From: Candidatus Marinacidobacterium sp.
GTDB taxonomy: Bacteria > Acidobacteriota > Vicinamibacteria > Marinacidobacterales > Marinacidobacteraceae
Assembly (NCBI GenBank): GCA_965262645.1
Contig: CBDHFO010000017.1
Span: 1,784,582 to 1,848,581, forward strand
DNA length: 64,000 bases
Direction of reading: 5' to 3'
The notes under the pieces were generated by a model. It had not been told where the DNA came from. It was given only the letters and a program-made list of their open reading frames with translations, and made no database searches. This document shows, piece after piece, positions 37,043 through 45,132 of this stretch. A program made the translations under genes and the position numbers. Numbering within the stretch: the first letter of the stretch is position 1; the number at the start of each line of letters is the position of its first letter.

Positions 37043-40012
37043 CTACGCGGAGGCATTTGCGTCTTCACCCCCGGTCAGGACGCAGATCACCTTGATCCAC
37101 GGCTGCCTCTCGGTGGTCATGGTCTCCTGGATCCAGTCGAGGTACTCCCCGAAGATGTCCTCGATCTCCTGCCGTTGCTGCGCCGCGAGGCGTTGCTTGA
37201 GCGTTTCCGCCTGCCGGGACGTCGCCAGCATCTCTTCGATGCGAGCGTGTTGCCGGTGTTTGAGGTCTTCGAGGGCCGCCATCTCCCCGTTCAGCTTGGC
37301 GTTGATGTGGTCCTCGAATGCCTTCCGGCGGTCGGTGAACCGCCGCCGGGCGCGCTCCACCGCGTTAGGGAGACGCTGGCGCAGCCCTGCCTGGTCCACC
37401 GGGATCCCGCGGTTCGGGATCTCTTTGCGTCCGAGCCCGGTGCGGTCCAGGAGGTCAGGGAAGGCGACCAGCGCCTCGAACCGGCCGCCCCGGTAGGTGA
37501 CGCCGATCCATTCGTACACCAGGGGGTGCCCCTTGCGGTTCGGGACCAGGCCCGAGCACACGAACACCGCCTCGTCCGGCGCGAGCCCCGGGATTCCCGC
37601 CAGCACCGGCGCCTCGCGCCGCCCGAACGCCGCGAGCATCCGGTCGTCGAGCCAGCTCACCACCGGGTTCAGGCGCCACAGGTATTGGAGCGCGGGCCAG
37701 GCGGTCTCCTCCCGGCGGCTCTCCGTGATCGCTGCGGCCATGCGACCGCGGTCGGCGGTCAGCACGAAACGCCCGTCCTTCGGCATCACCTCGCGGGGGA
37801 AGGAGCCGAACCGGTGTTTCAGGTCTTCGGGGGCGTCCAGCGTCAGGGTCGAGGACTCCGGGTGCGCCTCGAAATGGAGTCCGGCGTTTCCCGGGGCGTT
37901 TCCCTGCCGCGCCCGGAGGCGGTCGAGGCCGGCCCGGCAGTAGGCGAACTCATCCGGGAAGAGGGATAGCGGGGCTTCCAGCGCGGGCGCATTCTCGGCC
38001 GCGGAGGAGGGGGCGGCGTCGGCGGCGCCGTTCCCGCCCAGGAAGAGTGCGAGCAGGTCGTCTCCCTCGCTCCCCTCGTCCGCGCTGTGCTCAAGGCGCT
38101 CGTCGAAACGCTTCGCGTCCTCCCCGGCGGCCACCGCCTGCTCGGTGATGTCCTCCTCCGCCTTGATGTCGCGGACGTTCATGAACGCGGAGGGGTCGCC
38201 GATGTTGCGGTACGCCTGCTCGTCCTTGTCCTGGAGCACTTCGAGGATGCGCTGGTCGCCGCGGATCGTGGGGTTCGCGCTCTCGCTGGTCAGATAGACG
38301 ATCTGCGGGGTGCGCTCCTGTCCGTAGCGGTCCACCCGGCCGTTGCGCTGGGAGAAGACCATGAGCGACCACGGCATGTCGAAGTGGATGAGCCGGTGGC
38401 AGGTGTAGTGGAGGTTGATCCCCTCGGAGGCGACATCGGAACAGACCAGCAGCCGCACCGGGGACTTCGCGTGGCCGAAGGCTTCCACCGCCCGTTGCTG
38501 ATCCACATCGGACATCCCGCCGTGGAGGGTGTCCAGTTGGCCGACGCGGAGGCGCAGGTCGCTCGACAGGCGCTCCCGGAGCCAGCGGAGGGTCTCGATC
38601 CGCTCGGTGAAGATGACGAGCCGGTCCTCCGGGTCGGTGGGGCGCCAGCGGAAAGGCTGGCCGCCGCGGATCGCTTTGAGGAGGGCCTGGTACTTGGCGA
38701 AGTCGGTAGCCTCGATACGGCTCACCGCCTCGTCGAGAGCGCGGAGGGACTCCACCTCGCCGGCGACCGCCGGGGTTTCGGCGCCGTCCCGTTCGCGCTC
38801 CCGGCGGGCGAGGCGCGTCCTGATGGTGGCGCGACAGGCCGCCGGACTCGAAAAGAGGGCCTTTTCGAGAGTGACGAGGAAGAGGTCGCGGCGGGTGGTC
38901 CCGTCGGGAGCGGAAGCCGTCCGCGAGCCCGCGATCCGGACCGCGAGCAGCGCTTCGTAAGCGGCTTCTTCGGCCGGCGAGGCCCGGAACCGGCAGCGCA
39001 CGATCTCGCGGTCGCGGAAGGCGTCCTTGACTTGGTGTTGGACGTCCTTCTTGAAGCGGCGGATCACGAGTCCCTTGTCGCGGAAGTCCTCCCGCGAGTA
39101 GTGCTCCGGGTCGGTGATCGCGGTGGCGTCCAGCATGTTCATCAGGCTGGCGAAGCTGCGCGCCCGTCCGTCGTGCGGGGTTGCCGAGAGCATGATCAGG
39201 GTGTCCGAGCGGCGCGCCAGCAGGCGGGCGAGCCGGCTGCGCAGCGAGCGCGAGCCGCGGTCGGCGACGTTCTGCGCCTCGTCAATCACGATGATGTCCC
39301 ACCAGGCGTTTTCGAGGTAGGTCCGGTACTCGGCGTCCTGCTTCAGGGTGTCTATCGAGATGATCGACTTGTCGTAGTAATGAAAGGGGTTGTGGTTCGT
39401 GGGGATGCGGCTGCGGACCCGCTGAATCCCGATGGAGTCGAGCCGGGTGAGCGGGATCGTGAAGCGGTTCCAGAACTCCTTCTGGAACTGGGTCAACATG
39501 CTCTTGACGGCGAGCACGAGGATCCGCCGGCCCCGTCCGCGGGCGATCAGCTCGCTGACCAGGATTCCCGCTTCGAGGGTCTTCCCGAGTCCCACTGCGT
39601 CGGCGATGAGGATGCGCTGCCGGGGCTGGCGGAGCGCCTGGCGGGCGGGGTCCAACTGGTAGGGGACGAGATCCATGGCGGCGGTGTGGCCGACGTGGAT
39701 CCGTTCGTCGCTCGGCACGGCCTGGCGCAACTGGCTCTCCATGAAGAGGAGGCTGTCAGCGAAGCGGGGGGAGCGGTCCGGAACCAGGACAGTGCGGGCG
39801 GGGTCGAGCACCTCGATCTGGGGTTCGATCGCGGTGAGGAAGATCGCCTCCCGCTCGCGGACGAGTTCCGAGACGCCGACACAGAGGAGTTGCTGTCCGC
39901 CGGCGGCGGAAGGGTCCACGCTGCGGACGACCCACTCGGCGTCCCGGATCAGCACCCGGGCGCCGGGGGCGAAGGTGATCTCGGGTGCTGTGGTGGTCGG
40001 CGCTCCGGGCAT
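37043..40012 (-). CDS. SNF2-family helicase (DrmD-like)
   Basis: Motifs ADAVGLGKTLEAG, IIVIDEAQNV, MLSATPHDG, CSDVASEGINLH and FSQRNGRVDRYGQ. 989 aa. Its 3' end overlaps the methyltransferase start. Confidence 0.85.
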   Translation of the reverse strand: MPGAPTTTAPEITFAPGARVLIRDAEWVVRSVDPSAAGGQQLLCVGVSELVREREAIFLTAIEPQIEVLDPARTVLVPDRSPRFADSLLFMESQLRQAVPSDERIHVGHTAAMDLVPYQLDPARQALRQPRQRILIADAVGLGKTLEAGILVSELIARGRGRRILVLAVKSMLTQFQKEFWNRFTIPLTRLDSIGIQRVRSRIPTNHNPFHYYDKSIISIDTLKQDAEYRTYLENAWWDIIVIDEAQNVADRGSRSLRSRLARLLARRSDTLIMLSATPHDGRARSFASLMNMLDATAITDPEHYSREDFRDKGLVIRRFKKDVQHQVKDAFRDREIVRCRFRASPAEEAAYEALLAVRIAGSRTASAPDGTTRRDLFLVTLEKALFSSPAACRATIRTRLARRERERDGAETPAVAGEVESLRALDEAVSRIEATDFAKYQALLKAIRGGQPFRWRPTDPEDRLVIFTERIETLRWLRERLSSDLRLRVGQLDTLHGGMSDVDQQRAVEAFGHAKSPVRLLVCSDVASEGINLHYTCHRLIHFDMPWSLMVFSQRNGRVDRYGQERTPQIVYLTSESANPTIRGDQRILEVLQDKDEQAYRNIGDPSAFMNVRDIKAEEDITEQAVAAGEDAKRFDERLEHSADEGSEGDDLLALFLGGNGAADAAPSSAAENAPALEAPLSLFPDEFAYCRAGLDRLRARQGNAPGNAGLHFEAHPESSTLTLDAPEDLKHRFGSFPREVMPKDGRFVLTADRGRMAAAITESRREETAWPALQYLWRLNPVVSWLDDRMLAAFGRREAPVLAGIPGLAPDEAVFVCSGLVPNRKGHPLVYEWIGVTYRGGRFEALVAFPDLLDRTGLGRKEIPNRGIPVDQAGLRQRLPNAVERARRRFTDRRKAFEDHINAKLNGEMAALEDLKHRQHARIEEMLATSRQAETLKQRLAAQQRQEIEDIFGEYLDWIQETMTTERQPWIKVICVLTGGEDANASA

Positions 40013-40102
40013 GGCTCGAACTCAGTGTACGAAGGAGCCGGTCCCCGGCGGTCCGGCTGCCGCGTACGGTTCTTGTTGGCGTGCTTGCCCTGCCCCGCGC
40101 CT

Positions 40103-40526
40103 TCACGCGCTGGGAAGCAACACCGCGACATCCGCGTGGAGGGTCGCAAACCCGGAATCGAGCGTCGTGACGCGACCGCGGCGGCGGGCCAGTTCGGCGA
40201 GCCACGCGTCCGTCACCTGGTGGTGGCCCTGCAGGTTCCGGTGGGGCACCTCCAAATAGTCGAGCGGATCGTCCCACCACTCATGACGCGGATGCTCGGA
40301 CACCGCGCGCAATGCCTCCCACGCCGCCGCCGCAGTGCCCTCGACGGAGACGCGCATGTGCATGCGCAGCAGCGTGCCCTGCGTGGTGGGACAGGTGGCG
40401 AATCGATCCTCCCCGAGTTCGGCGAACCCCCCGAGGTCGGCGAACCATGTGATGCGCGCGCTGGTGATGAATGTGCGCCCTCACCGCGAGCGCCACCAGC
40501 ACATTCCCGTCCGCCAGCCGGGTCAC
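40103..40526 (-). pseudogene. vapC-like PIN toxin gene with a frameshift
   Basis: Frame A: VTRLADGNVLVALAVRAHIHHQRAH. Frame B continues WFADLGGFAELGEDRFATCPTTQGTLLRMHMRV...VTDAWLAELARRRGRVTTLDSGF. The switch lies near 40440-40450. Confidence 0.7.
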
Positions 40527-40771
40527 GCGGCGTCGTCTTCGTCTTCGATGCTCTGGATTGTCTCGGCCGTCACTACCTGTCTGCCGTCGCAGACGAGAAG
40601 CCCGTTGCGGCGCTCGCCGCCGCGGGCGGGTTCGCCGCGGCGGGGCTCCGTTGTGCGCAGTGCGCGACGGACGAGCCGGTTCACGGCGGCGCTGATGCTG
40701 CAATCCTCAGCCTTGGCGAGCGCCACGGCCGCTGCGTAGAGATCGGCCTCGAGGTTGATCGTCAATCGCAT
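40523..40771 (-). CDS. VapB-type antitoxin (RHH-like)
   Basis: MRLTINLEADLYAAAVALAKAEDCSISAAVNRLVRRAL. The stop overlaps the vapC GTG (GTGA). Confidence 0.6.
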   Translation of the reverse strand: MRLTINLEADLYAAAVALAKAEDCSISAAVNRLVRRALRTTEPRRGEPARGGERRNGLLVCDGRQVVTAETIQSIEDEDDAA

Positions 40772-40949
40772 GGTTCCGTCGTGGTGCGCTGGTGCACTGG
40801 TCTCAATCATCTCGATCCCGGCTCCGCCACAGCGTCCTGATGGTGCGCCACTGTGACCCGCGGGGCCTTCGTACTGGAGCCGGGGCCGCGGACCGCCGGT
40901 TCATGACTCCTCGTTCCGGGGAAGGGGCCGCTCCGGCAGCGACGGCTGG

Positions 40950-41420
40950 TCAGCCCGCGAGCAGGTAGCCGAGGACCGCGAGCCACATGGTCAGCAAGAC
41001 ACCCAGCGCGCCCCAGATGAGCCGCAACTCGCGCCTGATGGCGTCCAGTTTGACGGCGACCAGCTCGTTCGTCTTCCGGATCTCCGCGGCGAACCGTTGT
41101 TCCTGCGCGGCGAACCGCTGTTCCTGCGCTGCGAACCGCTGTTCCTGCGCTGCGAAGAGCTGGCGCATCTCCAACAGAATCGGCTGAACCGCGGTGGCGA
41201 CTTCTGCTGAAACCATGGACTGCATGCCCTTTTCCGCAGTATAGGCCACGATCGCATCGGCCCCCGCGTTGACCAGGGCGCGGAAGAGATTGCCGTTGCC
41301 GCCCGGCTTTGAGCCCGCGTTGGCTGGCTGTACTTCGGGTCGTGAACCGCCGGATGGCGGGGAAGTCGGGTCCGGCGGGTTGGCAGCGGTCTCGGCCTCG
41401 TTCGGCGGCGCATGGGGCAT
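40950..41420 (-). CDS. small protein with Pro-rich N-terminus, helical core and C-terminal TM anchor (paralogue B)
   Basis: ATG at 41420 preceded by GGAGGAG. Co-linear with 11428-11844. Carries AAQEQRF x3. Confidence 0.6.
   Translation of the reverse strand: MPHAPPNEAETAANPPDPTSPPSGGSRPEVQPANAGSKPGGNGNLFRALVNAGADAIVAYTAEKGMQSMVSAEVATAVQPILLEMRQLFAAQEQRFAAQEQRFAAQEQRFAAEIRKTNELVAVKLDAIRRELRLIWGALGVLLTMWLAVLGYLLAG
41089..41151. repeat. in-frame 21-bp tandem repeat x3 inside paralogue B
   Basis: GCGAACCG(T/C)TGTTCCTGCGC(G/T) three times, encoding AAQEQRF repeats. Paralogue A has a single unit. Confidence 0.85.
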
Positions 41421-41639
41421 GGGGAACTCCTCCGTCAAGGGGCGGTCGGCGGAAAGACGCGATGTCTTCTCCTCCTCACATAGACGGAAATCCGGCCGGA
41501 TCCTTCTCACTTGCGGCGGCGTGTGGAAAAGTCGGCGTGAAGACGCCCCGGCTCGGCAGCCGCCCGGCATGAAAAAGCGCGGCCCCCGGCTGGTGGCGGT
41601 GAGCATTCTTGCCATCCGGGTTTGAAGCGGGTGCGGTAC

Positions 41640-41960
41640 TCACGTTGGTGTCGCGGAGCGTCATCGGTGCTGGGTTCGCGCTCCCGCGCGATGCCGGTCT
41701 GAAGACCGGCGCTCCTTGCGTGGGTGACGTTGCGCCACCCTCGTTGCCTGCTGCGCCATGCGGGGACTGGCGATGGGAGTTTCGCTTGACAGCCGTCTGG
41801 GCGGCGTTTCGCCATCCCGGGTTGGGTCCCGGTAATGGCCTAATAGAGCGACGGGAGTTTCGCGGCCTTCGGCCGCGATGCCGGTCTGAAGACCGGCGTT
41901 CCTACCCGGCGTTCCTACCCTGCGGGGAGCGATGCTGGTGTGACGACCGGCGCTCCTGGC
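41640..41960. repeat. dense REP/BIME-like element cluster
   Basis: GGTTCGCGCTCCCGCGCGATGCCGGTCTGAAGACCGGCGCTCC, GGCGATGGGAGTTTCGC, GCGATGCCGGTCTGAAGACCGGCGTTCC and GCGATGCTGGTGTGACGACCGGCGCTCC. Confidence 0.7.
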
Positions 41961-42126
41961 GCGACGGCATTTTTGTAGCTACTGCCCTTCCTGACTTTTG
42001 GGCGACCCGGGATCGTCATGAGACTGTCAACAATGCTGGGTGGAAAACGATTCCATGCCGGGGGCAAGGCTCCGGTTCGGGCTGAATTCTCTTGGCCCTG
42101 CGGCAGGCGTCCGGTTCCCCAGAGGA

Positions 42127-42158
42127 GTTTTCCACAGAATGTGGACAATGTGGAAAAC
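42127..42158. promoter_or_regulatory. candidate operator upstream of the efflux operon
   Basis: Perfect 10-bp inverted repeat GTTTTCCACA-12 nt-TGTGGAAAAC, with a third half-site TGTGGACA in the spacer. About 250 nt upstream of the TolC-like start. Confidence 0.35.
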
Positions 42159-42408
42159 CCCGAGGGCCTGCGTGTCCCGCGTCCGTAGTTGGGCGGGACC
42201 GGCGGCGGGCTAGAGTTTCGGCGGAACACACGAACGGGCTGGATCGTTGATTCCGGTTACCTGATCGTGCGTCGCCCGCGTGGGCCATGAGGGTCCGGGA
42301 CGGGACTCCCGCGACCGGGCGAAGAGCGAGTCTTCTGCCGCTCGAAGAGCGTGCCCGATCCGGACGCGGCGGAGGGACGGACTCCGTCGAAAGGAGAAAG
42401 GAGAAGCG

Positions 42409-43977
42409 ATGAAATTTCTCGAAGCACGTGGCAACTCCCGCCGGGGAACCGTTGCCACGATGGCGCTCCTCCTGGCGCTGCCGGGGGCGGCTGCCGCCCG
42501 GAGTCTGGGCCAAAGTCCAGGAGATTCGCGGGAAAGCGCCATCACCGACCGGGTTCTGGACCAGTACCGCGACCTCCTGGCGCAGGAAACCCTCGCCTTC
42601 ACGATTTCCCAGGCGGTGGATGTTGCGTCCGAGCTGCACCCCGAAGTGCGTCTCAATCGCGAGCGCCTGGCCGAGTTCCCCAGTCTGGTCCGGGAGGCGC
42701 GTTCGCCCTACCTGCCCCAGCTCGACCTCAACCTGCAATTCGCCCAGACCCGCGACCCGGGATTCCGGAACAGTCCCTTCTTTTCCCGGCTCATCGACGA
42801 TCCGGGCGCCTCTCCCTTCGGGGGCGGCGACGTGGGGGATTTCGGCGGTGCGTTCACCTTCGGCACCTATCTGTGGAACTTCCAGGCTTCCCAGGTTCTC
42901 TGGAGTTTCGGCCTGCGCCCGGCGCTTCGCGGGGTCGAAGTCGGACGCGTGCGCGTCGAGGCCGATCTCCAGGAAGTGCAGAACCGGGTCGCGCGCGACA
43001 CCGCCACCCGGCTCTATTCCTATCTCCTCGGGTTGCGCACCCGCGATGTTCTCAGCCAGGCGGTCGAAACCAGCGAACGTGGATTGGCGCTTGCCCGCGA
43101 CCGGGTCGAACTCGGGGCGGCCGCGCGTCTCGACGTCCTGCGGGCCAGAGTGCAGGTTTCCCGCCTCCGCCGCCAGTTGTCGAATGCGGAGGATTCCCTG
43201 GCGGTGGAACGCGCCGGAATCAACGCGCTGGTAGGCCGGGAGCAGTCGAAGGCGATCGAGGTCCTGGATGCACTGGAACTGCCGGACCCGCTGCCGCGGG
43301 TGTTGCCGGCCGAGGCGCTGATGGAACTCGCCGGTCAGCAGCGTCCGGCGGTCCGCCGGTTCGCACTCGACCGCGAGCTGCTCGACGTCCAGACCAGTCT
43401 GGCGCTGGCGGATGCGCGTCCGGAAGTTCGCGGGAGCGCCTCGTACGGGATCAACACCTTCACGTTCGAAAACACGCACGACATGGCCCTGCACAACTGG
43501 AACGCCGGGGTTTCGCTGACCTGGAATCTCTTCGACGGGTTCGGCAGCGGTTCCCGGGTCGCGAGTCTCCGGTCGCGGGTGACCCAGAATGACTGGGAGC
43601 AGAACGAGTACGAGTCCACCCTCGAAGTGACGCTGCGGAACGCCACCGCGAACTGGGAGGCGGCGCTTACCGCAATCGAGGAAGCGACGCTCGCGCTGGA
43701 AGAGGCCGCGGAAGCGGAACGGGTCGCTACGGAAGAACTCGAGGCCGGAGCCGCGACTCCCTATCTCGTCATGGAGATGGTCCAGGCCCTGCGGGAAGTG
43801 GAACTCGAGCGGGCGCAGCACACCCACGATGCCCTGAACGCCCTGGCGGAGTTGAAGTACCTCGTCGGCTACCCCGCGAACGCCCCGCATTCGGTGATCG
43901 CCGACACGATTCCCGTCCGCGCTGCGGATGTTTCGGAAGCTGGGCACTCGATGCCCGAATTGGAGGAACGCCGGTGA
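42409..43977 (+). CDS. TolC-family outer-membrane efflux protein
   Basis: AAGGAGAAAGGAG upstream of the ATG at 42409. Signal peptide. Repeated coiled-coil halves typical of OMF proteins. ATGA overlap with the next gene. Confidence 0.85.
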   Translation: MKFLEARGNSRRGTVATMALLLALPGAAAARSLGQSPGDSRESAITDRVLDQYRDLLAQETLAFTISQAVDVASELHPEVRLNRERLAEFPSLVREARSPYLPQLDLNLQFAQTRDPGFRNSPFFSRLIDDPGASPFGGGDVGDFGGAFTFGTYLWNFQASQVLWSFGLRPALRGVEVGRVRVEADLQEVQNRVARDTATRLYSYLLGLRTRDVLSQAVETSERGLALARDRVELGAAARLDVLRARVQVSRLRRQLSNAEDSLAVERAGINALVGREQSKAIEVLDALELPDPLPRVLPAEALMELAGQQRPAVRRFALDRELLDVQTSLALADARPEVRGSASYGINTFTFENTHDMALHNWNAGVSLTWNLFDGFGSGSRVASLRSRVTQNDWEQNEYESTLEVTLRNATANWEAALTAIEEATLALEEAAEAERVATEELEAGAATPYLVMEMVQALREVELERAQHTHDALNALAELKYLVGYPANAPHSVIADTIPVRAADVSEAGHSMPELEERR

Positions 43978-45116
43978 AAGTCACCGCCAATCTGAAGGCG
44001 CCGGCGAGGAGCCGGCGCAGGTGGGACCTCGCGGTTCCGCGGGCCTCCGGCCGAGGGCTGCTTCTCGCGCTCGCGGCGGCGCCCCTGCTCCTTTCGGGCG
44101 CCGGCTGCGGCCAGGATGACGGCTTCGCTGCCGAACCGGCAACAGACGCTGCCGCCCCGGACACCCGTCCGATCGTGGAGGCTTCCGTCATCGCACCGGG
44201 CTTCCTCGCCGACGTGCTCGAAATCGCGGGCCGGCTGGAGCCGCGGGCGGAGGTAATGGTGTCTTCGGAACTGGGCGGTGCGGTAGAGGAAGTGCTTTTC
44301 GACAAGGGAGACCGGGTGGAACGGGGCGCGCTGCTGGCCCGGGTCGGTTCGGACCTGCTGCGGGCGGCGCTGGCCGAAGCCGAGGCGGAACTCGAAGGGG
44401 CGCGCCTGGAGTACACCCAGGCACAGCAACTGGTCGAGCGTGAGGCGAGTCCCCTGCAGGACTTTTTGGGGGCGGAAGTGAACGTGAAGCGTTTCGAGGC
44501 CCGGGTCGAGTCGGCGCGCCTCCGCCTGACCCGTTCCGAGATCACCGCGCCGGCTTCCGGAGTGATCGTCCAGCGGGACATCGAGCCTGGTGAAGTGCTC
44601 GGCCCCGGGAGCCCCGTCGCGGTGCTCCACGACACCGCGGTCCTGCGCGCGACGATCGGAATTCCGGAGACCGACATCTCGTTCTTCTCGGTGGGAAGTC
44701 CGGCAGCGGTCAGCCTCGACGCCTACCCGGATCGGTCCTTCGATGGCCGAATCACCTACATCGCGCCGACCGCCACCCGGCCCCGCCGGAGTTTCGAGGC
44801 CGAGGTGGAGGTCGACAACGCGGATGGAACGCTGCGCTCAGGCTTGATTGTGCGCACCGGGCTGCAGCGCCGGGTCTTCGAAGACGCGGTCGTGGTCGCC
44901 CGCGACGCTCTCGTGGAGCGGGACGGGATCCTCCACGCCTTCGTGCTCGAAGACGGGGCCGCGGGCCTCCGGTCGATCACTCTCGGTCCCGACGAGGATG
45001 ACCGGGTGGTGATCACCGCCGGCCTCGAGGTCGGCGAAACGCTGATCACGAACGGACACCGAAACCTGGTCGACGGCCAGCCGGTCCGGGTGGCGTCCGC
45101 ATCCCGGACGAACTGA
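43974..45116 (+). CDS. RND efflux periplasmic adaptor (MFP/HlyD family)
   Basis: Lipoyl/beta-barrel signatures (ITAPASGVIVQRDIEPGEVL) and its position between OMF and RND genes. Confidence 0.85.
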   Translation: MKVTANLKAPARSRRRWDLAVPRASGRGLLLALAAAPLLLSGAGCGQDDGFAAEPATDAAAPDTRPIVEASVIAPGFLADVLEIAGRLEPRAEVMVSSELGGAVEEVLFDKGDRVERGALLARVGSDLLRAALAEAEAELEGARLEYTQAQQLVEREASPLQDFLGAEVNVKRFEARVESARLRLTRSEITAPASGVIVQRDIEPGEVLGPGSPVAVLHDTAVLRATIGIPETDISFFSVGSPAAVSLDAYPDRSFDGRITYIAPTATRPRRSFEAEVEVDNADGTLRSGLIVRTGLQRRVFEDAVVVARDALVERDGILHAFVLEDGAAGLRSITLGPDEDDRVVITAGLEVGETLITNGHRNLVDGQPVRVASASRTN

Positions 45117-45132
45117 GCGAAGAGAACGGGTC

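Larger units (their letters stand above)
30509..37068 (-). pseudogene. giant gamma-class N6-adenine DNA methyltransferase (DrmMI/type IIG-like), disrupted by IS insertion
   Basis: Motif I ICEPAMGSAAFLNEA and motif IV VLGNPPWIKV. The N-terminal 110 codons (36741-37068, ...NENEFYSHHYL...GWHPGDHLL) and the body (30509-35098) join in frame when the IS is removed. Confidence 0.85.

Noticed and set aside
27219-40012. PLD-family (DrmC-like) nuclease gene to complete DISARM.
   Set aside because: No ORF in or near the operon shows an HxKxxxxD-type motif that I could find by eye. An HMM search is needed for certainty.
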